This document shows, one piece after another, positions 1 to 9,315 of a stretch of DNA of 64,000 nt; the stretch's first letter is position 1, and every line of letters begins with the position of its first letter. The notes under the pieces are model-generated. The model saw only the letters and a list, made by a program, of their open reading frames with translations, made no database searches and had not been told where the DNA came from. The position numbers and the translations under genes are program-made. The stretch spans positions 71,348 to 135,347 of the forward strand of contig JAGBTM010000045.1 in assembly GCA_017631325.1 (NCBI GenBank), given 5' to 3'. The stretch is from Clostridia bacterium. Its GTDB lineage: Bacteria > Bacillota > Clostridia > Oscillospirales > CAG-272.

Positions 1-1
1 C

Positions 2-718
2 ACGCGCGAGGAGTTAATGGGTGCTATAAGCAAAAAAACGAAGGCTCTTATTCTGCCCTACCCCTCAAATCCTACTGGCGCTGTAATGGAAAAGGACGAC
101 CTTTTGGCGATATCCGAGGTGCTAAAGGATACGAACGTCTTAGTTATTTCCGACGAAATCTACTCGGAGCTGACCTTCACGGAGGGGGCGCACGTTTCGG
201 TTGCCTCGATACCCGATATGCGTGAGCGAGTTGTTATGATTAACGGCTTCTCAAAGGCCTTTTCAATGACGGGCTGGCGTCTGGGTTACGCCTGCGGCCC
301 TGCTGAAATAATGAGCCAGATTACTAAAATACATCAATACGCTATAATGTGCGCTCCCACAACCTCACAGTATGCGGCAATAGAGGCCCTCCGCTCCTGC
401 GACGATGCAGTAGAGGAAATGGTTAGAGAATACGATATGAGAAGACGAATTATCGTAAAGGGCTTTAACGATATAGGGCTTGAGTGCCGAGAGCCAAAGG
501 GTGCATTCTACGCCTTTCCCTCGATAAAATCAACGGGCATGTCGAGCGAGGAATTTGCCGAGAGGCTGCTTTATTCAAAGAAGGTTGCCGTAGTTCCGGG
601 TACAGCCTTTGGCGCTTCGGGTGAGGGCTTTATCAGAGCCTCCTACTGCTACTCCCTGCCTCATATCAAGGAGGCACTCAGACGAATTGAGGAGTTTCTT
701 CTCGAAATCGGGAAATAG
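2..718 (+). CDS. PLP-dependent aminotransferase, class I/II (C-terminal ~239 aa; 5' end outside window)
   Basis: The frame is open to the window edge. 'LILPYPSNPTG' and 'NGFSKAFSMTGWRLGY' (PLP-lysine SK motif) are typical of AspC/PatA-type aminotransferases. A long hairpin terminator follows. Confidence 0.85.
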   Translation, partial: TREELMGAISKKTKALILPYPSNPTGAVMEKDDLLAISEVLKDTNVLVISDEIYSELTFTEGAHVSVASIPDMRERVVMINGFSKAFSMTGWRLGYACGPAEIMSQITKIHQYAIMCAPTTSQYAAIEALRSCDDAVEEMVREYDMRRRIIVKGFNDIGLECREPKGAFYAFPSIKSTGMSSEEFAERLLYSKKVAVVPGTAFGASGEGFIRASYCYSLPHIKEALRRIEEFLLEIGK

Positions 719-732
719 AAAACTAAATGAGC

Positions 733-808
733 AAAAAGAGAGAAGCTGATATGTAGCTCAAAAGGTGTCTAACCTTTGGGGTGCATATCAATGTGCTCTC
801 TTTTTTGT
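733..808 (+). terminator. Composite hairpin terminator after the aminotransferase gene
   Basis: GAGAG/CTCTC and TGATATG/CATATCA arms plus an inner AAAGGT/ACCTTT stem, followed by a TTTTTTGTTTTT run. Confidence 0.6.
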
Positions 809-816
809 TTTTGCAT

Positions 817-845
817 GAATAAATTGCTGATTTATGGGAATAATC
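817..845 (+). promoter_or_regulatory. Candidate forespore (sigmaF-type) promoter of spoIIR: GAATA-N14-GGGAATAATC
   Basis: GAATA lies at 817-821, a 14-nt spacer follows, then GGGAATAATC at 836-845, 31 nt before the ATG at 877. The same architecture occurs at 15824-15852. It resembles the B. subtilis sigmaF consensus as I recall it (GYATA-N14/15-GGnnAnAHTR). Confidence 0.35.
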
Positions 846-876
846 GGTAGGTAAAATTTATTTTGAGGTGAAGATT

Positions 877-1476
877 ATGAAAAGTATTGTTATGGGAGCG
901 GCATGTATTCTCGTTGCTCTTCTTTTATCGTCGTTTATACCTACCGATGCCGAGGCAAAAATTTATGAGGACACTCTGCGTTTACATATACTTGCAGCCT
1001 CTGACAGCAAAGAGGACCAAAAGCTGAAGCTTATGATACGCGACAAGCTCCTTTCGGAATACGGCGAGCAATTAAGCACGGGTAAAAACGTTGATGAGGC
1101 TATAAATCTGGCAGACGGCAAGCTAGAAGAAATTGAGACGTCGGTTGAGGAGTGGATAAAGGAGGCCGGATATTCCTACAGCGCAGAGGTAACGCTGACG
1201 GAAGAGTGGTACGACACGCGCGAGTACGAGAATTTTACTCTGCCGTGTGGAATTTACACCTCGCTGCGCGTTAAAATTGACGGTGGCGAGGGTAAAAACT
1301 GGTGGTGCGTGATGTATCCTCCACTCTGCCTTTCTGCCGCAAGCGAGCCCATGCCAAACGACGACTGTATCATTGATTATACGAGCGAGGAGCTAAGGCT
1401 TATTGGCGGTGGAAAATATAATATTAAGTTTAAGCTGCTAGAGATATTTTCTAAGGCTTTTTCTAAAAAAGGTTGA
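877..1476 (+). CDS. spoIIR: Stage II sporulation protein R (SpoIIR)
   Basis: 'LRLHILAASDSKEDQKLKLMIRD' and 'WWCVMYPPLC' are SpoIIR signatures, and there is an N-terminal signal/TM segment. ATG 877 is preferred over GTG 868 because GAGGTG lies 6 nt upstream. Confidence 0.85.
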   Translation: MKSIVMGAACILVALLLSSFIPTDAEAKIYEDTLRLHILAASDSKEDQKLKLMIRDKLLSEYGEQLSTGKNVDEAINLADGKLEEIETSVEEWIKEAGYSYSAEVTLTEEWYDTREYENFTLPCGIYTSLRVKIDGGEGKNWWCVMYPPLCLSAASEPMPNDDCIIDYTSEELRLIGGGKYNIKFKLLEIFSKAFSKKG

Positions 1477-1560
1477 TTTTAGGCTAAAGGTGTGATAAAA
1501 TACTAGTAGTCGCGGGCGCTGAATATATCGCCCATGGCAAAAAGTATTTATGGAGAAGCT

Positions 1561-2022
1561 ATGGCAAAGACCGACGGTAAAACTATTGCCGACAACAGAA
1601 AGGCTCGGCACGATTATTTCGTAATAGAGACGTATGAAGCAGGTATCGAGCTTTTCGGCACCGAGGTTAAGTCGCTCAGAGCAGGCACTGTCAATTTGAA
1701 GGACGCCTACTGTGAGATAGACGGGGGCGAGCTTTTTGCTCTCGGTGTACATATAAGCCCGTACGAGCAAGGTAATATTTTCAACCGCGACCCCCTCAGG
1801 CCCAAAAAGCTCTTGATGCACAAAAGAGAGATTATGAAGCTCGCAGGTCTTGTATCCCGTGAGGGCTACACCCTCGTTCCGCTCTCGCTCTATTTCAAGG
1901 GCTCAAACGTCAAAATGTGCGTTGGACTGTGCAAGGGTAAAAAACTCTACGACAAGCGTGACGATGCCGCGAAACGAGATGCTGACAGAACTATTGAAAA
2001 GCACATGAAAAACAGGTTTTAA
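1561..2022 (+). CDS. smpB: SsrA-binding protein SmpB
   Basis: 'IADNRKARHDYFVIETYEAGIELFGTEVKSLR' is a near-canonical SmpB N-terminus. ATG 1561 has GGAG 5 nt upstream; the listed ATG 1534 has no SD. Confidence 0.93.
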   Translation: MAKTDGKTIADNRKARHDYFVIETYEAGIELFGTEVKSLRAGTVNLKDAYCEIDGGELFALGVHISPYEQGNIFNRDPLRPKKLLMHKREIMKLAGLVSREGYTLVPLSLYFKGSNVKMCVGLCKGKKLYDKRDDAAKRDADRTIEKHMKNRF

Positions 2023-2032
2023 TAAATGATAA

Positions 2033-2093
2033 AAGAACAATCTTGCCTATGGGAAGTCCTTTTTCGACTTCGCATAGGCAAGATTGTTCTTTC
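2033..2093. terminator. 61-nt near-perfect palindrome between convergent smpB and the hydrolase gene
   Basis: The 20-nt arms AAAGAACAATCTTGCCTATG / CATAGGCAAGATTGTTCTTT enclose an inner GAAGTC/GACTTC stem. The flanks are T-rich on the minus strand. Confidence 0.6.
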
Positions 2094-2103
2094 GTTATAT
2101 TTG

Positions 2104-2156
2104 GGAAAGTGATAAGCCACATGCGGTAATTCTCCGTAGGGCTTATCACTTTCCCT
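2104..2156. terminator. Second hairpin of the convergent terminator region
   Basis: GGGAAAGTGATAAGCC / GGCTTATCACTTTCCC forms a 16-bp stem with a 21-nt loop, followed on the plus strand by TTTTATATTTCTCTTTTTT. Confidence 0.55.
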
Positions 2157-2241
2157 TTTATATTTCTCTTTTTTATCTTATTATCTCTTTTTTATCTTTT
2201 GCTGCTATCTTTTTCTCTTTTGTTTTTATTTTGCTGCTTGC

Positions 2242-3213
2242 TTACTTTTTAAGGTGCGATATGATTTTCTGCCACACCTTTTCATCCTGTTCTGTCATTT
2301 TGTGCCAGTCATACGAGCTTACAAATGCAGCTTTCTGCTCGTCGGTTTGAAGCTCGCCGCGTTTCTTCTTCTCGGTCATTGTAACGAAAAATTCACCCTT
2401 ATATTTTACAGCCTCAGCCGTATAATTTGGGTTGTGCCCCTTGCACTCGTCAAGGAGCATTATCTCTACGTTATCACGCTCTGAAAGCGCCCTCACAAGC
2501 GGTGTGTGGTGACGCTTTGCGCTGACGGTTTTATCGTCGGCAGAATATATAAGCAGAATTTGGGCATCGGATTTTAGGAGAGCATCAGGCGCTGTCGCAT
2601 TTACGTAATCGGGATTTACGCGACGCTCAAGCTCAAACAAGTCCTTGCGCCAAAGCGCAAGAGGTCCTGCGAGTATCTGCTTTTGCATATCGCGAAGCGA
2701 GATAAAGCCCGAGATAGCAACGATTTTCTTGATATCGGGGTGGTATGAGGCGATATTCATAGTAGAAAACGCGCCCCAGCTATGTCCGACGACGAACAAG
2801 CTCCTCTTTGAGTATTTTTCGCTTTGCTTAACCGACTGAATACAAGCGTCGAGGTCTGCAAGCGAGCCTGAAAGTCCGCGTATGCACTTTCCCTCTGAGC
2901 GAGCACAGCCCGTATGGTCGTAGGAAAGAACCGAAAATCCTGCTGAGCAGAGCATCTCGATTTCCTTCATATAGGCTCTGTGCCCACCGTTACCCATTCC
3001 GTGATCGAATACCACGAGCGTACTCTCGTCGGCTCCCTCGTATGAATAAACTGCTCCGACAAGAGTGTCACCAAGCTGATTTTTGAACTCGTATGGCTCA
3101 GCCGACAGTCCCTCGAAATCGGTGTGAGAAAAATAGAAAACACTGCCGTCAGGGTCGTATCTTGTAAATAGCGTTTTAGAGTACATTTTTGCTATTTGCT
3201 TTGAAAAAATCAT
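2242..3213 (-). CDS. Alpha/beta-fold hydrolase (serine esterase/peptidase-like), substrate unknown
   Basis: GxSxG nucleophile elbow in 'VVGHSWGAF' and an 'FDHGMGNGGH' region; ~320 aa, the typical size. Confidence 0.75.
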   Translation of the reverse strand: MIFSKQIAKMYSKTLFTRYDPDGSVFYFSHTDFEGLSAEPYEFKNQLGDTLVGAVYSYEGADESTLVVFDHGMGNGGHRAYMKEIEMLCSAGFSVLSYDHTGCARSEGKCIRGLSGSLADLDACIQSVKQSEKYSKRSLFVVGHSWGAFSTMNIASYHPDIKKIVAISGFISLRDMQKQILAGPLALWRKDLFELERRVNPDYVNATAPDALLKSDAQILLIYSADDKTVSAKRHHTPLVRALSERDNVEIMLLDECKGHNPNYTAEAVKYKGEFFVTMTEKKKRGELQTDEQKAAFVSSYDWHKMTEQDEKVWQKIISHLKK

Positions 3214-3227
3214 AATTAAATCTCCAA

Positions 3228-4370
3228 TTAATCCACACGGCGCTCGGCAAGCAAGTCCTTGTAGGCGCGGTAAAATTCCTCGTAACGTCCCTCGTCAAGC
3301 GCATCGCGTATTTTCTGCATAAGCTCGTTATAGAAATAGAGATTATGCAGCACGGCAAGACGCATACCGAGCGCCTCGCGCGCTTTGAAGAGATGCCTTA
3401 TGTAAGAGCGCGAGTAATTTCTGCACGCAGGACAGGAGCATTCCTCTGCTATCGGACGGCTGTCCTCTGAATATTTTTCGTTAAGAAGATTTATTTTTCC
3501 CCGCCAGGTAAAGAGGTTGCCGTGACGCGCGTTACGGCTGGGCATTACGCAGTCGAAGAAATCCACTCCGCGATAAACGGCCTCTACTATATTCTGAGGT
3601 GTACCGACACCCATAAGGTATCTCGGCTTATCCTCGGGCATATATGGCTCGACAGTTTCAATGATATGATACATTACGTCGGCCTCCTCGCCTACTGCAA
3701 GACCTCCTATTGCGTATCCGTCGCACTCTATCTCACGGATAGCCTTCATATTCTCAATTCTTAACTCGTCGTAGGTTCCACCCTGGTTTATTCCGAATAG
3801 CATCTGCTGACGGTTTACGGTGGTTTCAAGCGAGTTCAGTCTGTCCATCTCCACTCTGCACCTTTTGAGCCAACGTATCGTACGCTCGTGCGATGCCTTG
3901 ACGTAGTTATATGGCGAGGGGTTCTCGACACACTCGTCAAAGGCCATAGCGATGGTGGAGCCGAGGTTAGACTGTATTCTCATAGACTCCTCGGGACCCA
4001 TAAATATGCGCTTACCGTCCATGTGAGAGTTGAAGGTAACGCCCTCCTCGGTTATCTTACGCAGCTTTGCGAGTGAAAATACCTGAAATCCGCCTGAGTC
4101 GGTGAGAACGGGGCGAGACCAATTAAAGAACTTATGAAGTCCACCCATACGGCGTATAAGCTCGTCACCCGGTCTTATATGCAAATGGTAGGTATTTGAA
4201 AGCTCGACCTGACAGTTTACGTCCTCGAGGTCTTTAGTAGAGATACCGCCCTTGATGGCAGCCGAGGTGCCTACGTTCATAAACACGGGGGTTTCTATCG
4301 TTCCGTGAGGGGTTTCAAATCTCGCGCGGCGAGCCTTTCCCTCTTTCTTAAGTAAGGTGAATTTACCCAT
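3228..4370 (-). CDS. tgt: tRNA-guanine transglycosylase (queuine tRNA-ribosyltransferase)
   Basis: 'RFETPHGTIETPVFMNVGT', 'LTDSGGFQVFSL' and the Zn site 'CSCPACRNYSRSYIRHL'. Confidence 0.95.
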   Translation of the reverse strand: MGKFTLLKKEGKARRARFETPHGTIETPVFMNVGTSAAIKGGISTKDLEDVNCQVELSNTYHLHIRPGDELIRRMGGLHKFFNWSRPVLTDSGGFQVFSLAKLRKITEEGVTFNSHMDGKRIFMGPEESMRIQSNLGSTIAMAFDECVENPSPYNYVKASHERTIRWLKRCRVEMDRLNSLETTVNRQQMLFGINQGGTYDELRIENMKAIREIECDGYAIGGLAVGEEADVMYHIIETVEPYMPEDKPRYLMGVGTPQNIVEAVYRGVDFFDCVMPSRNARHGNLFTWRGKINLLNEKYSEDSRPIAEECSCPACRNYSRSYIRHLFKAREALGMRLAVLHNLYFYNELMQKIRDALDEGRYEEFYRAYKDLLAERRVD

Positions 4371-4410
4371 TTAAATATGCCTTTCGGGTTATTATTTGGT
4401 TTATCTTTAT

Positions 4411-4468
4411 GCAAAATTGCGCACGCTAGGTTGTACGAGGCAAAATTGCGAACGGTAGATTATGCGAG
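4411..4468. repeat. 2 x 29-bp degenerate tandem repeat in the mutL-tgt intercistronic space
   Basis: GCAAAATTGCGCACGCTAGGTTGTACGAG / GCAAAATTGCGAACGGTAGATTATGCGAG; 24 of 29 positions are identical. Confidence 0.8.
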
Positions 4469-4508
4469 CTGTAACGCGTCACTCAAAAGATAGGCTGGCG
4501 GTTCTATA

Positions 4509-6500
4509 TTACTTGATGCGCTCAAACTGACGGTCAAGCTCGGATTTGGTTAATCTGAAGGCTATCGGTCTGCCGTGAGGACAAACGGTTATATCAGGGA
4601 GCGCAAGAACGCGTCCGACAAGCCAATTTATAATTGAGTTGTCGTAGCTTCTGCCACCCTTAATTGCCGCCTTGCAGGCTATCTGATAAAGCGCTCGCTC
4701 GCGCCTTGATTTTTCGGTATTTTCGGGATTTCCTCTTCCCTCGGCTATCTCGTCGGTCATTTGGATAAAGAGAGCCTCAGCGTCAGACGCGCTTATAGCG
4801 TCGGGAGTTGCCGTAATGCTTGCGTATCCCGTAGAAAGCTCAAACTCGAAGCCGATAAGATTAAGCTCGCCCTTAAACTCTGCTGCTGCAGTTTCTTCCT
4901 CCGGGGTAAGCGCTGCAAGAATAGGCAAAAGCAGGCTCTGTGATGCCACTCTGCCATCGGCTTCACTGTTTCTTTTCAGGTCCTCGAAAATAATTCTCTC
5001 GTGGGCTGCATGCTTATCTATTACCAGAAGCGCTCCGTCGTACTCAACGAACACGTAGCAATCAAACGCCTCACCAACGAGCTTGTAGTCTGTAACCGTC
5101 GGCACGGCGTCCCGATTTTCGAGCTGTGCGTTTTGAGGCTCACTTGTAGCCGCAGCTGCTGAATAGGTGGGGTCTGAGCTTGAATTTTTGTACTTTTCAA
5201 GTATTGATATAGCGCGCTCGGGGGTGGTACGCTCACGCTCGTAGGTAGGTGAGGTAAATTCTGCGCCATTTGCCGCGCGAAGCGGTATATCAAACCGGGA
5301 TTTATTGTTAAACGACTTAGGCTCTGCCGTACTCTCGCGAGCCGACACCGCCCCTCTGTATCCATAGCCTGACGGAGCATTATAGCTATGAGAGGTGTCA
5401 GGAGTGGAAATCGAAATCTGAGGGGGGTTAGTATTCTCGCCTATCGGAACGAATGCGCCTATGGCACGTCTCTCGCTCTTTCTCTTGTCAAGGGTCATAT
5501 CGGGGCGATACTCGTGGTTCTCAATTGCCGAGCGCACGGTGTGATATATAGCCTCAAATACAGGCTGCTCGCCCGCAAACTTGACCTCAAGCTTAGCCGG
5601 GTGAACGTTTACGTCTACCATCGTGGGATTCATTTCTATAAACAGCACACACACGGGAAAGGCCTCGGGAGCGATATACGAGGTGTAAGCCTTTTCTACC
5701 GCGGCCATAGCGGTAAGGCTCTTTACGTATCGGCCGTTAATGAATATGTTTTCAAGATTACGGTTGCGCTTAACGTTGTCGCTTCTGCCGATATATCCCG
5801 ACACTCTAATTCCGTTTGCGATACCCTCGGCCTTGATAAGCTTTGATGAAAAATCCTTGCCGAATATCGAATATATTGCGCCGTGAAGGTCACCATCGCC
5901 CGCTGTTGCAAATTTTTCCTCACCGTCGATAAGAAGCTGTATTGCGATATCGGGGCGAGAGAGCGCCACCTTTTCAACAAGCGCTAATACGTTTGCGGCC
6001 TCGGTTGCATCCTTCTTAAGAAATTTACGCCTTGCAGGGACGTTATAAAAGAGGTTTTCTACAACTACGGTAGTTCCGTCTGCAGTGCCTACCTCTGAGA
6101 CGTCGACTATCTTTCCACCCTCCGACGAGAGCATGGTGCCTACCTCTGCGTCCTTGGTTTTTGAAATTATAGTTACCACAGATACCGAGGATATAGCTGC
6201 AAGAGCTTCTCCGCGAAAGCCGAGCGTGCTTATCGCCTCCAGGTCCTCGCGCGAGCTGATTTTACTCGTGGCGTGGCGCTTGAGTGCAACGGGCAAGTCC
6301 TCTTTAGTCATACCGCAGCCGTTATCGGTAACGCGAATAAGCGCAACTCCGCCTCTTTTAATTTCGGCGGTGATTTTCGAGGCGCCCGAGTCTATTGAGT
6401 TTTCTATAAGCTCCTTAAGGACGGACGACGGACGCTCTACGACCTCGCCTGCCGCTATAAGATTGGCTATTTCAAAATCAAGTACGTTAATTTTTCCCAT
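4509..6500 (-). CDS. mutL: DNA mismatch repair protein MutL
   Basis: GHKL ATPase N-terminus 'NLIAAGEVVERPSSVLKELIENSIDSGA', 'GFRGEALAAI', and a C-terminal dimerisation/endonuclease region. Confidence 0.95.
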   Translation of the reverse strand: MGKINVLDFEIANLIAAGEVVERPSSVLKELIENSIDSGASKITAEIKRGGVALIRVTDNGCGMTKEDLPVALKRHATSKISSREDLEAISTLGFRGEALAAISSVSVVTIISKTKDAEVGTMLSSEGGKIVDVSEVGTADGTTVVVENLFYNVPARRKFLKKDATEAANVLALVEKVALSRPDIAIQLLIDGEEKFATAGDGDLHGAIYSIFGKDFSSKLIKAEGIANGIRVSGYIGRSDNVKRNRNLENIFINGRYVKSLTAMAAVEKAYTSYIAPEAFPVCVLFIEMNPTMVDVNVHPAKLEVKFAGEQPVFEAIYHTVRSAIENHEYRPDMTLDKRKSERRAIGAFVPIGENTNPPQISISTPDTSHSYNAPSGYGYRGAVSARESTAEPKSFNNKSRFDIPLRAANGAEFTSPTYERERTTPERAISILEKYKNSSSDPTYSAAAATSEPQNAQLENRDAVPTVTDYKLVGEAFDCYVFVEYDGALLVIDKHAAHERIIFEDLKRNSEADGRVASQSLLLPILAALTPEEETAAAEFKGELNLIGFEFELSTGYASITATPDAISASDAEALFIQMTDEIAEGRGNPENTEKSRRERALYQIACKAAIKGGRSYDNSIINWLVGRVLALPDITVCPHGRPIAFRLTKSELDRQFERIK

Positions 6501-6615
6501 ATTTCACCTCGGGGTTTCGTTCAAACGAATTTTGGTGATACTGCCGCTTGTGAGAAAGCCTACAATCCCTTGGTAATCACGGATATAACGGCAGTTTATA
6601 AATCATTTAATGCAA

Positions 6616-9246
6616 TTAGTCCGAAAGAAGCTTCTTTAACTCAAAGAGTGTAGAAATAGCCTCTATCGGCGTCATGGTGTTAATATCAAGGGCACGTATT
6701 CTGTCGGCCGCCTCGCTGTCCTTTGTGGTGGCGAGAGCTGATAAGAGGTCCTCCCTCTCGGGTCGCTCGACGTATGCGGATTTTCTCGGTGCAGGGCTTT
6801 GCTGCTCGATGCTATTGAGAATTTCCTTCGAGCGCTTAACAACCTCTTGGGGCACTCCCGCAAGCTTTGCTACCTCGATACCGTAGGAATCGTCGGTGCC
6901 ACCTCTGACAATTTTACGAAGGAAAATTACTCCGTCGCCTCGCTTTTTGGCGGCAATATTGTAGTTTACGATACCCTCAAGCTCGCCTTCCATATCGGTA
7001 AGCTCGTGGTAGTGGGTTGCAAAAAGCGTCTTTGCGCCTATTTTCTTCGAGTGGGTGTATTCAACGACAGCGCGTGCTATCGACATACCGTCGTAGGTGC
7101 TTGTGCCTCTGCCAACCTCGTCGTATATAATGAGCGAGCGCTTGGTCGCATTTTTGAGTATATAGGCAACCTCGCTCATCTCGAGCATAAAGGTTGACTG
7201 GCCTGACGCTAGGTCGTCGGACGCACCAACGCGTGTGAACACCTTATCTACTATGCCGACTCTCGCCTCGCGAGCAGGTACGAACGAGCCTATCTGCGCC
7301 ATAATGGTGATAATTGCAACCTGACGCATGTAGGTGGATTTACCGGCCATATTAGGACCCGTTATTATCATAACCTTGTTTTTTGAGGTATCGAGGGTTG
7401 TATCGTTAGGAACGAAATAGCTGTCGGTTACGAATTTCTCTACGACGGGGTGACGTCCGTCCTTTATGATTATATCCGAGGAAATATCTACCTCGGGGCA
7501 GGTGTATCCGTTCTTTGCCGCTACCTCACCGAGAGAGCGATATACGTCAATCTCGGCTATAAGAGAGGCAACTCTTCTGATACGGTCGCTGTTACTCGAT
7601 ATGAAGCCCGAAATTTCCGAGAAAATCTCGTATTCGAGCTGATTTAATTTATCGTCAGCCGAGAAAATAGCGGTTTCCATTTCCTTCAGCTCCTGGGTTA
7701 TATATCTCTCGCAGTTTGTGAGCGTCTGCTTGCGCACAAAACGGTCCGGCACCTCGTTAATAAAGGATTTGGATACCTCTATGTAATAGCCGAAGACCTT
7801 GTTATAGTCAACCTTCAGGGTTTTTATGCCCGTGGCCTCGCGCTCGCGCTCTTCTATTGACTGCATAATTTCCTTACCGCCGTTTTTGATGGAACGGTAA
7901 TAATCGACGTCACTGTTGAAGCCGTCGCGTATCATTCCGCCCTCACGCACGGTAAACGGCGGTGTATCGAGTATCGCTGCGTCAAGAAGCTCGTGTACGT
8001 CGTCGAGCGTATCGAGAGAGCGAACTATATTTTTGATAGAATTTGACTGCAAAGTCGAAATTAAGGACTTAATCTCGGGCAGTTTTCTGATGCTCTGACA
8101 TATTGCCCTGAGGTCCTTGGCGTTTGCGTTGCCGTAAACGGTCTTTGCCGTAAGGCGCTCGAAGTCGAGCATATCCGAAAGAAGCACCGAAAGCTCCTCT
8201 CTTACCCTCTTGTCCTTAACAAAGTCACCGACAGCCGCGTGTCTATTCTGAATTGCTGCAAGGTCGATGAGGGGGCGTAGAACGTAGGAGCGCAAAAGTC
8301 TTGCTCCCATAGCCGTCTTGGTCTTATCAAGCACCCAAAGAAGCGAGCCGCGCTTTTCCTTAGTTCTCATAGCCTCGACAAGCTCGAGATTACGTCGAGT
8401 GTTGAGGTCGAGCTCAAGATACTGACCTCTGGTGTAAAGGTTTATTTCCTTGACGAATGCAATATCGGTTTTCTGCGTCTGCTCGATGTACGAAAGGAGC
8501 GCACCTATTGCCATAGTAAGCTCGGGGGCTGTAATTTTGCTTTCCTCAGAGCCGAAAACTCTTGCGATATTCTTCTTTGACGCCTCGTAATTAAAGAGCC
8601 TGTCCGCACCGTCGATAATGAGAGAGGAAAATCTGTCTTTTGCAAATTTAACGGTGTCGGCACAGTTCTCTGCCCTTACGTTGATTATGATTTCCGAGGG
8701 TTGATACGCACCGAGCTCGCTCTTAAGAACGGACAGGTAATCCTCCGAAGAAATATAGGTACAGAAAAGCTCGCCCGTCGTTATATCGGCACACGCAAAG
8801 CCTACCGATTTATCGACGAAGCACAGCGAAACGAGGAAATTGTTTTTTCCCTCGGAAAGAAGAGAGGCGTCGGTTACGGTACCCGGGGTGACTACTCTCG
8901 TTACCTCACGCTTCACAAGGCCGACTGCGGCCTTGGGGTCGCCTATCTGCTCGCATATTGCAACTCTGATACCGCGTTCGACGAGCCTGCCGATGTATAC
9001 GTCTGCCTTGTGGAAAGGAACTCCGCACATGGCGGCACGCTTTCCCTCTCCGCAGTCTCTGCCGGTAAGGGTTAATTCAAGCTCGCGCGACGCTATGATG
9101 GCGTCCTCAAAAAAGCACTCGTAGAAGTCACCGAGCCTATACATAAGTATGTGGTCGGGATACTCCTCCTTAACCTCGAGGTACTGCCTCATCATAGGGG
9201 TTACAGTTTTAAGTTTTTTTCTGTCGTCTATTACTTCAGGAGCCAT
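6616..9246 (-). CDS. mutS: DNA mismatch repair protein MutS
   Basis: 'TPMMRQYLEVKEEYPD', Walker A 'GPNMAGKST' and 'DEVGRGTSTYDG'. Confidence 0.97.
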   Translation of the reverse strand: MAPEVIDDRKKLKTVTPMMRQYLEVKEEYPDHILMYRLGDFYECFFEDAIIASRELELTLTGRDCGEGKRAAMCGVPFHKADVYIGRLVERGIRVAICEQIGDPKAAVGLVKREVTRVVTPGTVTDASLLSEGKNNFLVSLCFVDKSVGFACADITTGELFCTYISSEDYLSVLKSELGAYQPSEIIINVRAENCADTVKFAKDRFSSLIIDGADRLFNYEASKKNIARVFGSEESKITAPELTMAIGALLSYIEQTQKTDIAFVKEINLYTRGQYLELDLNTRRNLELVEAMRTKEKRGSLLWVLDKTKTAMGARLLRSYVLRPLIDLAAIQNRHAAVGDFVKDKRVREELSVLLSDMLDFERLTAKTVYGNANAKDLRAICQSIRKLPEIKSLISTLQSNSIKNIVRSLDTLDDVHELLDAAILDTPPFTVREGGMIRDGFNSDVDYYRSIKNGGKEIMQSIEEREREATGIKTLKVDYNKVFGYYIEVSKSFINEVPDRFVRKQTLTNCERYITQELKEMETAIFSADDKLNQLEYEIFSEISGFISSNSDRIRRVASLIAEIDVYRSLGEVAAKNGYTCPEVDISSDIIIKDGRHPVVEKFVTDSYFVPNDTTLDTSKNKVMIITGPNMAGKSTYMRQVAIITIMAQIGSFVPAREARVGIVDKVFTRVGASDDLASGQSTFMLEMSEVAYILKNATKRSLIIYDEVGRGTSTYDGMSIARAVVEYTHSKKIGAKTLFATHYHELTDMEGELEGIVNYNIAAKKRGDGVIFLRKIVRGGTDDSYGIEVAKLAGVPQEVVKRSKEILNSIEQQSPAPRKSAYVERPEREDLLSALATTKDSEAADRIRALDINTMTPIEAISTLFELKKLLSD

Positions 9247-9315
9247 ATCGCTACCTCTTCCGTTATTTTTTGTCGCCTATACGCACTCGGTACAGGCCGG
9301 GTTTCTGAACGGCTA

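Noticed and set aside
2023-2241. Expected tmRNA (ssrA) immediately downstream of smpB
   Set aside because: Only 219 nt separate smpB from the convergent hydrolase gene. That gap is filled by two simple hairpins and T-rich repeats. There is no tRNA-like acceptor or T-arm (no GGTTCGAATCC-type motif anywhere in the window) and no tag-peptide reading frame.
2084-2350. 88-aa plus-strand ORF across the terminator region and the hydrolase 3' end
   Set aside because: It is a translation of T-rich repeat DNA (Phe/Leu/Ile/Ser-rich). It has no RBS and overlaps hairpins and the convergent gene.
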